DNA from: a virus | Virus record (IMG/VR): IMGVR_UViG_3300000558_000007 | DNA: 53,846 bases | Strand: one strand, 5' to 3' | Shown here: piece after piece, positions 1 to 6,269 of the stretch | How positions within the stretch are numbered: the first letter of the stretch is position 1 | How the letters are laid out: every line of letters begins with the position of its first letter | The notes under the pieces: model-generated | What the model was told of the DNA's origin: nothing | The model's database searches: none | Seen by the model: the letters and a program-made list of their open reading frames with translations, nothing else | Position numbers and translations under genes: made by a program

Positions 1-44
1 GGGATGGGTCCGGGTACGGGTCCGGGTCCGGGGCAGGGTCCGGG
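1..44. repeat. Terminal 44-nt direct repeat (assembly overlap; genome circular or circularly permuted)
   Basis: gggatgggtccgggtacgggtccgggtccggggcagggtccggg is read at 1-44 and again at 53803-53846. The ORF starting at 53679 continues in frame into base 45. Confidence 0.9.
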
Positions 45-100
45 TACGGGTATGGGTATGGGTATGGGGATGGGTATGGGTCCGGGTATGGGTCCGGGGA
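1..100 (+). repeat. (GGGNNN)n hexamer array, right part
   Basis: Continues the same array (gggtac gggtat gggtat ggggat gggtcc...). Nine further G3+ tracts lie beyond the 44-nt overlap. Confidence 0.85.
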
Positions 101-116
101 CGGACCCGGATTTTAA
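1..116 (+). CDS. 3' part of the junction-spanning Gly/Tyr-rich ORF (1-44 duplicates the window end)
   Basis: In frame 3, from base 45: YGYGYGYGDGYGSGYGSGDGPGF, stop TAA at 114-116. A terminator-like hairpin follows at 139-186. Confidence 0.45.
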   Translation, partial: DGSGYGSGSGAGSGYGYGYGYGDGYGSGYGSGDGPGF

Positions 117-138
117 TACAGCAGGTAAAAGGAAGGCG

Positions 139-186
139 CAGTCTTGAAAAAAAACTAAAAAAAAAGTGATTTTCAAGACTGTTTTT
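139..186 (+). terminator. Putative intrinsic terminator after the junction ORF
   Basis: cagtcttgaaaa (139-150) pairs with ttttcaagactg (170-181) and is followed by ttttt. The loop is long (19 nt, A-rich), which lowers confidence. Confidence 0.5.
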
Positions 187-217
187 GAAGCATAAATATA
201 ATTGAGGAGGAGTCAAA

Positions 218-547
218 ATGAATTTTACGGAATATCAGGCAGAGGCAACCGAAACAGCGGTCTATCCGGATCGTGGGAAAAATTTGTATTATCCTGCCCT
301 TGGGCTTAACGGCGAAGCAGGCGAAGTTGCCGAAAAAGTCAAGAAGCTTATGCGGGATCATGGCGGGATTCTTACCGACGACATTGCCGAATCAATCGCA
401 AAAGAGCTTGGGGATTGTCTATGGTACATAGCCGAAACGGCAACGCAAATCGGCGCAAGCCTGGATGCAATTGCAAATGCAAATATTGAAAAGCTGAGAT
501 CACGGCAAAAGCGAGGTGTAATACAGGGCTATGGTGATAACAGATGA
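218..547 (+). CDS. mazG: MazG-family nucleoside triphosphate pyrophosphohydrolase
   Basis: 109 aa. EYQ..A..TA.YP, GL.GEAGE..E..KK and LGD.LWY are typical of small phage MazG proteins. RBS gaggagg lies upstream. Confidence 0.85.
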   Translation: MNFTEYQAEATETAVYPDRGKNLYYPALGLNGEAGEVAEKVKKLMRDHGGILTDDIAESIAKELGDCLWYIAETATQIGASLDAIANANIEKLRSRQKRGVIQGYGDNR

Positions 548-879
548 TAAAATGCCTGCCATATAAAGCCGAGTTTAAAACAGGCACGACATGCGTAAGA
601 AATCAGCAAAAAATAAAAGAGTTGAAAGCTGGTGGACGGGATAGCTTTAACCGCAAAGATACAGCAGAAGAGATTCTTGCAGCTATGCCGACGGACTATT
701 TCCGCATCAAAGAGTGCGATGGCTGCAAGGTAGGAATTGAGTTATACAAAAAAGCAGCGAAAGAGGGGCGGGTACCCGGAGAATTTAAGGCAAATTATTC
801 TCGCATAAGTCACAAAAAAAGACTGTCTATGATTGCCTGTGAGGCTTATCACAGGCAGAACGCACACATAGGTTGGTAA
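544..879 (+). CDS. Hypothetical protein (111 aa)
   Basis: ATGA start/stop overlap with mazG. Followed by a strong terminator. No recognisable motif. Confidence 0.5.
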   Translation: MIKCLPYKAEFKTGTTCVRNQQKIKELKAGGRDSFNRKDTAEEILAAMPTDYFRIKECDGCKVGIELYKKAAKEGRVPGEFKANYSRISHKKRLSMIACEAYHRQNAHIGW

Positions 880-882
880 TTA

Positions 883-920
883 AAAAGCCCTGGCAATATC
901 AGCCAGGGCTTTGTTTATTT
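883..920. terminator. Bidirectional intrinsic terminator between convergent genes
   Basis: gccctggc (887-894) pairs with gccagggc (902-909) around a 7-nt loop. A-run upstream, T-rich run downstream. Confidence 0.7.
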
Positions 921-1109
921 CTTTTTCCGGCCACGGGTTTCCGGCAGGCTCTTTATCCAGTCAACTGCTGAGATGTGGATGATTAAAGTCCTGCTTATCC
1001 TTTTTGCCAGGCCTGCATTAAGCAGCGCCGGTGCAAGCTGCTGTATCCTGCGATCCGACAGGCCCGTGCGTTTAGCAGTCTGGCTCACTGATATCATGCT
1101 TTCAAACAT
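915..1109 (-). CDS. Small helix-turn-helix DNA-binding protein (MerR/excisionase-like)
   Basis: 64 aa. ISVSQTAKRTGLSDRRIQQL looks like an HTH. The start overlaps the stop of the upstream small gene (ATGTTTGA). Confidence 0.55.
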   Translation of the reverse strand: MFESMISVSQTAKRTGLSDRRIQQLAPALLNAGLAKRISRTLIIHISAVDWIKSLPETRGRKKK

Positions 1110-1272
1110 TTTTTAGCCTCCTCCGGTAGTATTTTACATTGCATTCCAGGATTTCTTTACCTACGGCGCAGTCAGCCACTGGGATGTAATTCCCCGCCGA
1201 AAAAACGCTTATGTATTCATCTGTTTTTTCAATCGTTTCACCGGTGCGAAGGCGTCTGTATCCGTTTTCCAT
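1102..1272 (-). CDS. Hypothetical small protein (56 aa; below ORF-track cut-off)
   Basis: My translation: MENGYRRLRTGETIEKTDEYISVFSAGNYIPVADCAVGKEILECNVKYYRRRLKNV. Its ATG lies 2 nt after the stop of the upstream small gene, and its own stop overlaps the next gene's start (ATGTTTGA), so the genes are tightly coupled. Confidence 0.45.
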   Translation of the reverse strand: MENGYRRLRTGETIEKTDEYISVFSAGNYIPVADCAVGKEILECNVKYYRRRLKNV

Positions 1273-1274
1273 TC

Positions 1275-1433
1275 TCAAAACTCCGCTTTTAAGAGTTCTA
1301 TGTAATTCTCAACCGCCGTTTTATATTCGGTTGAGGCCATATACGCAATCAATCCTGCTTTGCAAGTGTGGCCTTTTGATATCGCGTCCATAATCACCAG
1401 TTGAGCGGCTTTCTCTGCTATAATCTTTTCCAT
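1275..1433 (-). CDS. Hypothetical small protein (52 aa; below ORF-track cut-off)
   Basis: My translation: MEKIIAEKAAQLVIMDAISKGHTCKAGLIAYMASTEYKTAVENYIELLKAEF. RBS aaggag lies 7 nt upstream. Confidence 0.45.
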   Translation of the reverse strand: MEKIIAEKAAQLVIMDAISKGHTCKAGLIAYMASTEYKTAVENYIELLKAEF

Positions 1434-1451
1434 GATGTTCTCCTTGTTATT

Positions 1452-1469
1452 GCCCCGGCGAACCGGGGC
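1452..1469. other. GC-rich intergenic hairpin (gccccgg-cgaa-ccggggc)
   Basis: Perfect 7-bp GC stem with a tetraloop between two minus-strand genes. No U-run follows. Confidence 0.5.
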
Positions 1470-1479
1470 TATGCTGCAA

Positions 1480-1752
1480 TTATCTTTTTGAGAAACCTAC
1501 GATATCAGCCATTTCTGGGCCAAACGCTGTAACAATTGCATTCCGTTGTGCGATAAGCCGATTTCTTTTTGCTCTAAAGTGTTTACGCATAATGGCGCTG
1601 TCATAAGCTGCGATAGCTGTCAGCGCGTCAATAGTACTAAAAAGATTAAATCCGTTTGAGAATATACCGATGCCTTCTTGGTCAGCGTCCTCACATCCTT
1701 TTATATCAAACCAAACATGTACTGTCATATCTTCTAATTTTTGTTCAAACAT
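1480..1752 (-). CDS. Hypothetical protein (90 aa)
   Basis: ORF with a purine-rich RBS (gggggga) upstream. Part of the minus-strand early block. Confidence 0.55.
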   Translation of the reverse strand: MFEQKLEDMTVHVWFDIKGCEDADQEGIGIFSNGFNLFSTIDALTAIAAYDSAIMRKHFRAKRNRLIAQRNAIVTAFGPEMADIVGFSKR

Positions 1753-1802
1753 ATTTCATCCCCCCTTTTTTTGTGCCCCGGTTTCCCAGGGCTGGTTTGG
1801 TG

Positions 1803-1955
1803 TTATTTTGTTTTTTTAATCCGGATGCGGCTTGTTACAACAGCATTGTTTTCTTCTATTATTTTTTTGAAGTGCTTTGCAGAGGATGCCAGGCATTCGG
1901 TAAGAACTTCCTGTCCGCCCCTTTTATTTTTAGTCCATGCGGTGTATGTCTTCAT
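1803..1955 (-). CDS. Hypothetical small basic protein (50 aa, internal start of the 1803-2030 ORF)
   Basis: The ATG for MKTYTAWTKNKRGG... is preceded by aaaggag. The longer ORF would run through the 1972-1993 hairpin. Confidence 0.4.
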   Translation of the reverse strand: MKTYTAWTKNKRGGQEVLTECLASSAKHFKKIIEENNAVVTSRIRIKKTK

Positions 1956-1971
1956 GATTTTCTCCTTTGTT

Positions 1972-1993
1972 GCCCGGCATGTGTAGACCGGGC
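1972..1993. other. GC-rich intergenic hairpin (gcccgg...ccgggc)
   Basis: 6-bp GC stem with a 10-nt loop between minus-strand genes. Confidence 0.4.
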
Positions 1994-2001
1994 GGTTTTG
2001 T

Positions 2002-2289
2002 TTAGATTTCTGCGCGTCTGTCGTCTTCAAGCCAAAAAGAATTATAATCTATTTTTTCAAACCGGATGCCGGACCAATTTTCGGGGTCATCATCTTCTAT
2101 TTTCTCGAAAATAATGCCGTCAGCCGCATTTTTTGCATTTTCTATAAAGTTTAAGGCAATTTCAATTTCACCGCGTTGGATATATTCTTTTGCCCGTTCG
2201 AGCTTCCCGAGGACCTGCGCGATATTAGTGGGGTAAATTGTGAAATTTTTTCCTGTTTCATCTTTAAGTTCAAGTGTTTTATATTCCAT
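2002..2289 (-). CDS. Hypothetical acidic early protein (95 aa)
   Basis: First gene of the minus-strand block, RBS gggag. The C-terminal half is rich in D/E (EKIEDDDPENW...WLEDD). Confidence 0.55.
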   Translation of the reverse strand: MEYKTLELKDETGKNFTIYPTNIAQVLGKLERAKEYIQRGEIEIALNFIENAKNAADGIIFEKIEDDDPENWSGIRFEKIDYNSFWLEDDRRAEI

Positions 2290-2449
2290 GATATTCTCCC
2301 GGTTTATGTCTCGGGGTTATTCCCTCGACTTCATGATTAAACAATACGCCTTGCCGAAACTATTGTCAAGTAAAAAATGCGGCAAAACGAAATTATTTTT
2401 ATGGCTATAAATCTGGTATACTTTTGCTTTTGTTTGAGGAGATTTAAAC

Positions 2450-2599
2450 ATGCTTAAAAAGATAACTCCAAGGCTGGCCACTGCGACTTTGTCCAGAGCC
2501 AGCGCCAAGCCGGAACGGAGGATGGCGGACAATGTCCTGGAAATGCTGGCAGGTGCTGGAAATCAATATGCTCTTGAGGAATTGAAACGGCGCAAATAG
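2450..2599 (+). CDS. Hypothetical small protein (49 aa; below ORF-track cut-off)
   Basis: gaggag lies 8 nt upstream of the ATG. Translation: MLKKITPRLATATLSRASAKPERRMADNVLEMLAGAGNQYALEELKRRK. Confidence 0.35.
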   Translation: MLKKITPRLATATLSRASAKPERRMADNVLEMLAGAGNQYALEELKRRK

Positions 2600-2692
2600 G
2601 CCAAATGGACTAAATGGACGAAAAGATGAGTCAGTCGCTTGCCTTGTATTGAAAAAACAGGTATACAACAAATAGTGTTTGCTGAAAAAGGA

Positions 2693-2737
2693 ACCTGGTA
2701 GTTGATCACTCTTGGCTGGGTAAGTCAGCTACCAGGT
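2693..2737. other. Long hairpin in a ~290-nt non-coding stretch
   Basis: acctggtagttga (2693-2705) pairs with tcagctaccaggt (2725-2737): 13 bp including one G-U, with a 19-nt loop. Confidence 0.6.
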
Positions 2738-2891
2738 GGATGGAAATGGTGTCATACAGACTCCTTTTTCGTTTGGAGTTCGACCCATTAGATGGATAAT
2801 AATACGCATTGACGTATTAATTCAAGTCTTAATTTCCTGCCTTTTTCTTCAAAAATCCACAAATCCCACAACATAAGCCAGGAGAGCTATC

Positions 2892-3107
2892 ATGAGCCTT
2901 TTAGCGGAATTATCAAAAAAACCAATACCACCAATTTATGCGGAAATCCTAAAGCCATTGTCAATTTATGCCGTCGCCGATCGGCTGGACATTTCATACA
3001 GCTATTGGCGAATGATCCTTTTAGGCCAGCGAAGACCCGGCCACAAGCTTGAAAAACGGATTCTTGCGTTGTATGAGCAGGTAAAATCAGAGCTTGAACA
3101 GGTTTAA
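2892..3107 (+). CDS. Small HTH DNA-binding protein
   Basis: 71 aa with RBS aggag. SIYAVADRLDISYSYWRMILLGQRRP resembles an XRE/Cro-type HTH. Confidence 0.55.
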   Translation: MSLLAELSKKPIPPIYAEILKPLSIYAVADRLDISYSYWRMILLGQRRPGHKLEKRILALYEQVKSELEQV

Positions 3108-3119
3108 CCCACAAAAGGA

Positions 3120-3154
3120 AAACGCCCCAAGGTGGACCAACCAGCGGGGCGTTT
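3120..3154 (+). other. Hairpin (terminator-like or attenuator) before the primase gene
   Basis: aaacgcccc (3120-3128) pairs with ggggcgttt (3146-3154) around a 17-nt loop. No clear U-run. Confidence 0.35.
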
Positions 3155-3165
3155 AAGGAAATCTA

Positions 3166-4434
3166 ATGAAAAACGATACCACAACGTTTAATAAAAATCA
3201 AGACATTAGAGTCAAAACAAGCTTCAAAAAATCATACCCGGTTACGGCAGACCTTCTTGAAAAATTCCGGGGGCACAGCGACGCCTTACATTTTTTTCTT
3301 TATGCCGCGACCATGCCAAGCGAATTTATTCTAAGACGTGAACACATGAAGAAAAGTATCCTGGGAATCGGGGACCACCGCTTTAGACGGGAAATTAAAT
3401 TCCTGAAAGAGCTGGGTGTACTTAGCCAAAAAGCTGTCCGGGGTGACGGTGGGTTTGTGGGTTCAGAGTATCTTATCACGGATATTCGGGCGGATCAGTC
3501 AAAACCCGCGCCATTTGGGGATTGTTCAGACTTGTCGATTTCTGACATGTCTGAAACCTACGCGCATATTATACAAGGGGGAGATAAGGAAGATTTAGCA
3601 GTGAGGGGGGTGGAGGACTTCGCAAATGTGCAGATGATTCCGTTCAGTGGTGACGCTGATGCAAACCGTCAGGCGTTCCTTGACATGTTCCCTGGTGTGA
3701 AGACATTCCAAACATTTGATGACAAACCAACTAAACGTCGTGAGCTGAATCATATCTTTCATGAGTACGATCCTTTAAATTTTGAGGCAATGAACGACAA
3801 GGATGCCGGTGTATTTTTGACGGTCAACGAGACAGATGGTAAGGGCAGAACCGCTGAGAATGTAACAAGTGTTCGGGCAGTCTATGCAGATTTAGACGGA
3901 GCGCCTTTGGCACCTGTGCTTGATTACAAGCCGCATATGGTGGTGGAGTCTTCTCCTGGTAGATACCATGCCTATTGGCTGACAAATGACGTGCCTTTGG
4001 ATCAATTCAGGGATCTGCAAAAATCAATCATCGCCTTGTTTGATGCCGACAAATCAGTACATGACTTGCCCCATGTGATGAGGATGCCGGGATTTTACTG
4101 GCGTAAACAGGATCAGGGATATCTGACAAAAATCATCTTTACCAGCGATCGGGCAGACAAGTTCACATGTGATGAATTAAAAGCGATGTTTCCACCATTG
4201 AAGAAATCAATGTCAACCGCAATGGCATCCAGTGGGCCGCTTAAAATCCATGGGGCATCTAAAGGAGAGCGGAATAGTACCCTGTGCCGGCTCCTTGGTG
4301 GAATAGCCAAGCGTGGTGGTGATATGGATCAAATGAACGCCGCTGCTTATGAATTCGGGAGAAAATGCGATCCACCTCTTTCTAAGAGAGCTATTGAAAC
4401 GACATTGTCCGGCGCAAGAAAATGGGTGTCATGA
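3166..4434 (+). CDS. Replication protein: N-terminal winged-helix-like domain fused to a RepB'-type primase core with a PriCT-1-like C-terminus
   Basis: 422 aa. Motifs: GVFLTVNETDGKGR (nt ~3808-3849), YADLDGAP, VVESSPGRYHAYWL, HVMRMPGF. C-terminal GERNSTL...CDPPLS is PriCT-1-like. Paralogous to 49366-50481. Confidence 0.8.
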   Translation: MKNDTTTFNKNQDIRVKTSFKKSYPVTADLLEKFRGHSDALHFFLYAATMPSEFILRREHMKKSILGIGDHRFRREIKFLKELGVLSQKAVRGDGGFVGSEYLITDIRADQSKPAPFGDCSDLSISDMSETYAHIIQGGDKEDLAVRGVEDFANVQMIPFSGDADANRQAFLDMFPGVKTFQTFDDKPTKRRELNHIFHEYDPLNFEAMNDKDAGVFLTVNETDGKGRTAENVTSVRAVYADLDGAPLAPVLDYKPHMVVESSPGRYHAYWLTNDVPLDQFRDLQKSIIALFDADKSVHDLPHVMRMPGFYWRKQDQGYLTKIIFTSDRADKFTCDELKAMFPPLKKSMSTAMASSGPLKIHGASKGERNSTLCRLLGGIAKRGGDMDQMNAAAYEFGRKCDPPLSKRAIETTLSGARKWVS

Positions 4435-4533
4435 ATTACAAAAGCAGAAAATGGCAGAGGGCAAGGCTGGCGCATTTGAGCAGAGAACCGTTGTGCCGTG
4501 CTTGTGGCCGTGCTGGTGGACAGGTGGATCACA

Positions 4534-4956
4534 TTAGGCCGGTAAGCCGTGGTGGAGACCAGGGGGAGACCAGGGGGAGCACCGGGGGAATGCTATATCA
4601 ATCACAAAACAGGTATCCGGGGCTGGATCTGGCTCTGGATCTGGATCTGGATCGGGTTTATTTTGGCACTGTGCCATTTTTTCTTTTTCAGATGGCCGAC
4701 GTCCTTGTTCTGCCGTCCTAACTCTATCCTGAAGCGCCCCCCCACTCACCAGATCCCCAGGTGCAGCCCCGTCGTTCACCCGGCTGGCAAGCTCACGGGT
4801 TACAGTGGCGGTTGGTGCCCCTGTCTTGGCCGCTGCCAAGTTTACAATATGGGTTAGGGTTTCATTGCACAGGGCGCATTTGTTCCTGGCATCTGTGGGT
4901 AGGGTGTCAAAAAACTCATTAAGCTTTTCAATTGTTTCCTTGCTAACTCTGGCCAT
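4534..4956 (-). CDS. Hypothetical protein with a PD-repeat tail
   Basis: Start MARVSKETIEKL... has ggag 7 nt upstream. The C-terminus (KPDPDPDPEPDPAPD) is coded by the hexamer microsatellite and overlaps the HNH remnant. The coding status of the 3' third is uncertain. Confidence 0.45.
   Translation of the reverse strand: MARVSKETIEKLNEFFDTLPTDARNKCALCNETLTHIVNLAAAKTGAPTATVTRELASRVNDGAAPGDLVSGGALQDRVRTAEQGRRPSEKEKMAQCQNKPDPDPDPEPDPAPDTCFVIDIAFPRCSPWSPPGLHHGLPA
4554..4586. repeat. Tandem 11-mer (ggagaccaggg x2 plus variant ggagcaccggg)
   Basis: Read directly. 11 is not a multiple of 3, so the repeat is frame-breaking. Confidence 0.8.
4623..4652. repeat. Hexamer microsatellite (ctggat/ctggct) x5
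   Basis: Read directly. One plus frame reads GAGSGSGSGSGSG, echoing the junction ORF. Confidence 0.8.
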
Positions 4957-4964
4957 AAATATCT

Positions 4965-5025
4965 CCAAAAATAAAAAAAGCGCTTTGCAGGTGACGCCAC
5001 GATACTAATCGTGCTGCAAAGCGCT
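4965..5025 (-). terminator. Intrinsic terminator on the minus strand (compound hairpin + U-run)
   Basis: agcgctttgcag (4979-4990) pairs with ctgcaaagcgct (5014-5025), with an inner stem cacgat/atcgtg. On the minus strand it is followed by TTTTTTTATTTTT. Confidence 0.6.
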
Positions 5026-5215
5026 TGGATAACTTATTTTTAATCCTGCGTCACCAAGATTAAACAAACAGTAGCAAATAAAAAACACAATGTAAAGTCA
5101 AAGACTCTACCAGCGCGGCCAACACGACATCGCGCTGATTGCATTCATCCTGGTAAAAATATGAAATAATTTATCAATGATCTATTGAAATAATTTCTTT
5201 TTTTATGTATTAATT

Positions 5216-5241
5216 TTCCACAAGTGTATACAATTGTGGAA
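5216..5241. promoter_or_regulatory. 26-bp near-perfect palindrome in an AT-rich intergenic region (candidate operator)
   Basis: In ttccacaagtgtatacaattgtggaa, 12 of 13 positions pair. It lies ~120 nt upstream of the first late-arm ORF. Confidence 0.5.
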
Positions 5242-5361
5242 ACATGTGTTAAATGAAGAAAATAATTACATAAAAATAAGAAAATAAATACTCAGAGGTA
5301 GAATTGTGATCAATAAGCCTTATACGATCATCGGCATATACCATCAACACAGAGTCTCTGT

Positions 5362-5733
5362 ATGTTTTTTTTAACACTTACCTCTATTTCTCAGCACACA
5401 CCATTGCCAGAACAAATAAGCATTTCTGCTTGGACTCCGGAAACTGTATTAATAACAATCGGGTTTGGAATAATCACGATTTTAATAGCTATCGTAAGTT
5501 TTTTTGCGAAAAAGCAGTTAAACGATATTTTAAATACAATACATCTTTTCTCTGATCGGCAATCAGAATGTAGAGAGTCGTTGTCAATCCGGTTTGCAGA
5601 TCGAATCGAAACAGCATCACACATCAGAGCATTAATTGCCAGGGCGGACAAACAGCATGAAGTGTTGACACGACACGACGTGTTGTTGAACGGCAACTGC
5701 AATCATTTAAATAGTGGGTGGTATGATGAGTAA
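5362..5733 (+). CDS. Hypothetical single-pass membrane protein
   Basis: 123 aa with a hydrophobic segment VLITIGFGIITILIAIVSFF. Overlaps the TerS start. Confidence 0.4.
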   Translation: MFFLTLTSISQHTPLPEQISISAWTPETVLITIGFGIITILIAIVSFFAKKQLNDILNTIHLFSDRQSECRESLSIRFADRIETASHIRALIARADKQHEVLTRHDVLLNGNCNHLNSGWYDE

Positions 5734-6268
5734 TATAACACGAAAGGTTGTAGATTGGGATTCGGTTGAGCCTTTGTATCGGGCAGGAATTCTGTCAAAC
5801 TACGAAGTTGCCCAGCAATATGCAGCCGATCATAAACACTCTCAAACTTGGAAACAAACAGTTGCAGAGTCAGCCATCCGCAAGAAAGCAAAAGAAAAAG
5901 GTTGGGAAAAAAATCTTGCGGGCCGGATTAAAGAAAGAGTTCGAGAGAAATTGGTGCGTGATGACGTGCGTAATGCGAACTTATCGGATGCTGAAATTGT
6001 TGAGCAGGCATCCGAAGAGCCTGTTTTAATAGCAAAAGGGCAACGTGCGCGGACTGCGTATCATTTGCAAATTCAAGATGAATTGTCAGAGGAATTGAGG
6101 GCTGCTACGGACATTGATATTATGTCTCGGGTTCGTGGATTTAAGGACATTGCTGCGGCTATTCGGCTGCATCACGATCAGCAGGCGGCGCAGTATAATC
6201 TATCATCGACAGCAACAACAAATACGGGTAGTAACATGATTGAAGTTGAATTCGTGGGCATGAGCTAA
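5723..6268 (+). CDS. Putative terminase small subunit
   Basis: Lies immediately upstream of TerL. The N-terminus is HTH-like (VEPLYRAGILSNYEVAQQYA) and the centre is basic. The start is ambiguous (GTG 5714, ATG 5723 or 5726). Confidence 0.55.
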   Translation: MMSNITRKVVDWDSVEPLYRAGILSNYEVAQQYAADHKHSQTWKQTVAESAIRKKAKEKGWEKNLAGRIKERVREKLVRDDVRNANLSDAEIVEQASEEPVLIAKGQRARTAYHLQIQDELSEELRAATDIDIMSRVRGFKDIAAAIRLHHDQQAAQYNLSSTATTNTGSNMIEVEFVGMS

Positions 6269-6269
6269 A

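Larger units (their letters stand above)
4422..4721 (+). pseudogene. Decayed HNH endonuclease gene
   Basis: The N-terminal 46 aa look like a small phage HNH (KWQRARLAHLSREPLCRACGRAGGQVDHIRPVSRGGD). The second half of the motif is missing. A possible remnant (ECYINHKTG) lies in another frame after the 11-mer repeats. Confidence 0.45.

Noticed and set aside
1656-2114. 152-aa plus-strand ORF across the minus-strand early block
   Set aside because: The translation is F/C/L-rich. It has no RBS and runs through intergenic hairpins. The minus-strand genes have RBSs and start/stop coupling.
2317-2671. Two minus-strand ORFs (71 and 75 aa) in the divergent region
   Set aside because: They have no RBS and overlap the better-supported small plus ORF (2450-2599) and the promoter region. 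I treat the region as regulatory.
2774-2790. tRNA T-arm-like string ggagttcgaccc
   Set aside because: I could not draw a flanking acceptor, D or anticodon stem, so I do not call a tRNA or tmRNA.
4549-4857. Plus ORF reading GWIWLWIWIWIG
   Set aside because: It is kept open by the hexamer microsatellite. It may contain a frame-shifted trace of the HNH motif, but it is not a plausible gene by itself.
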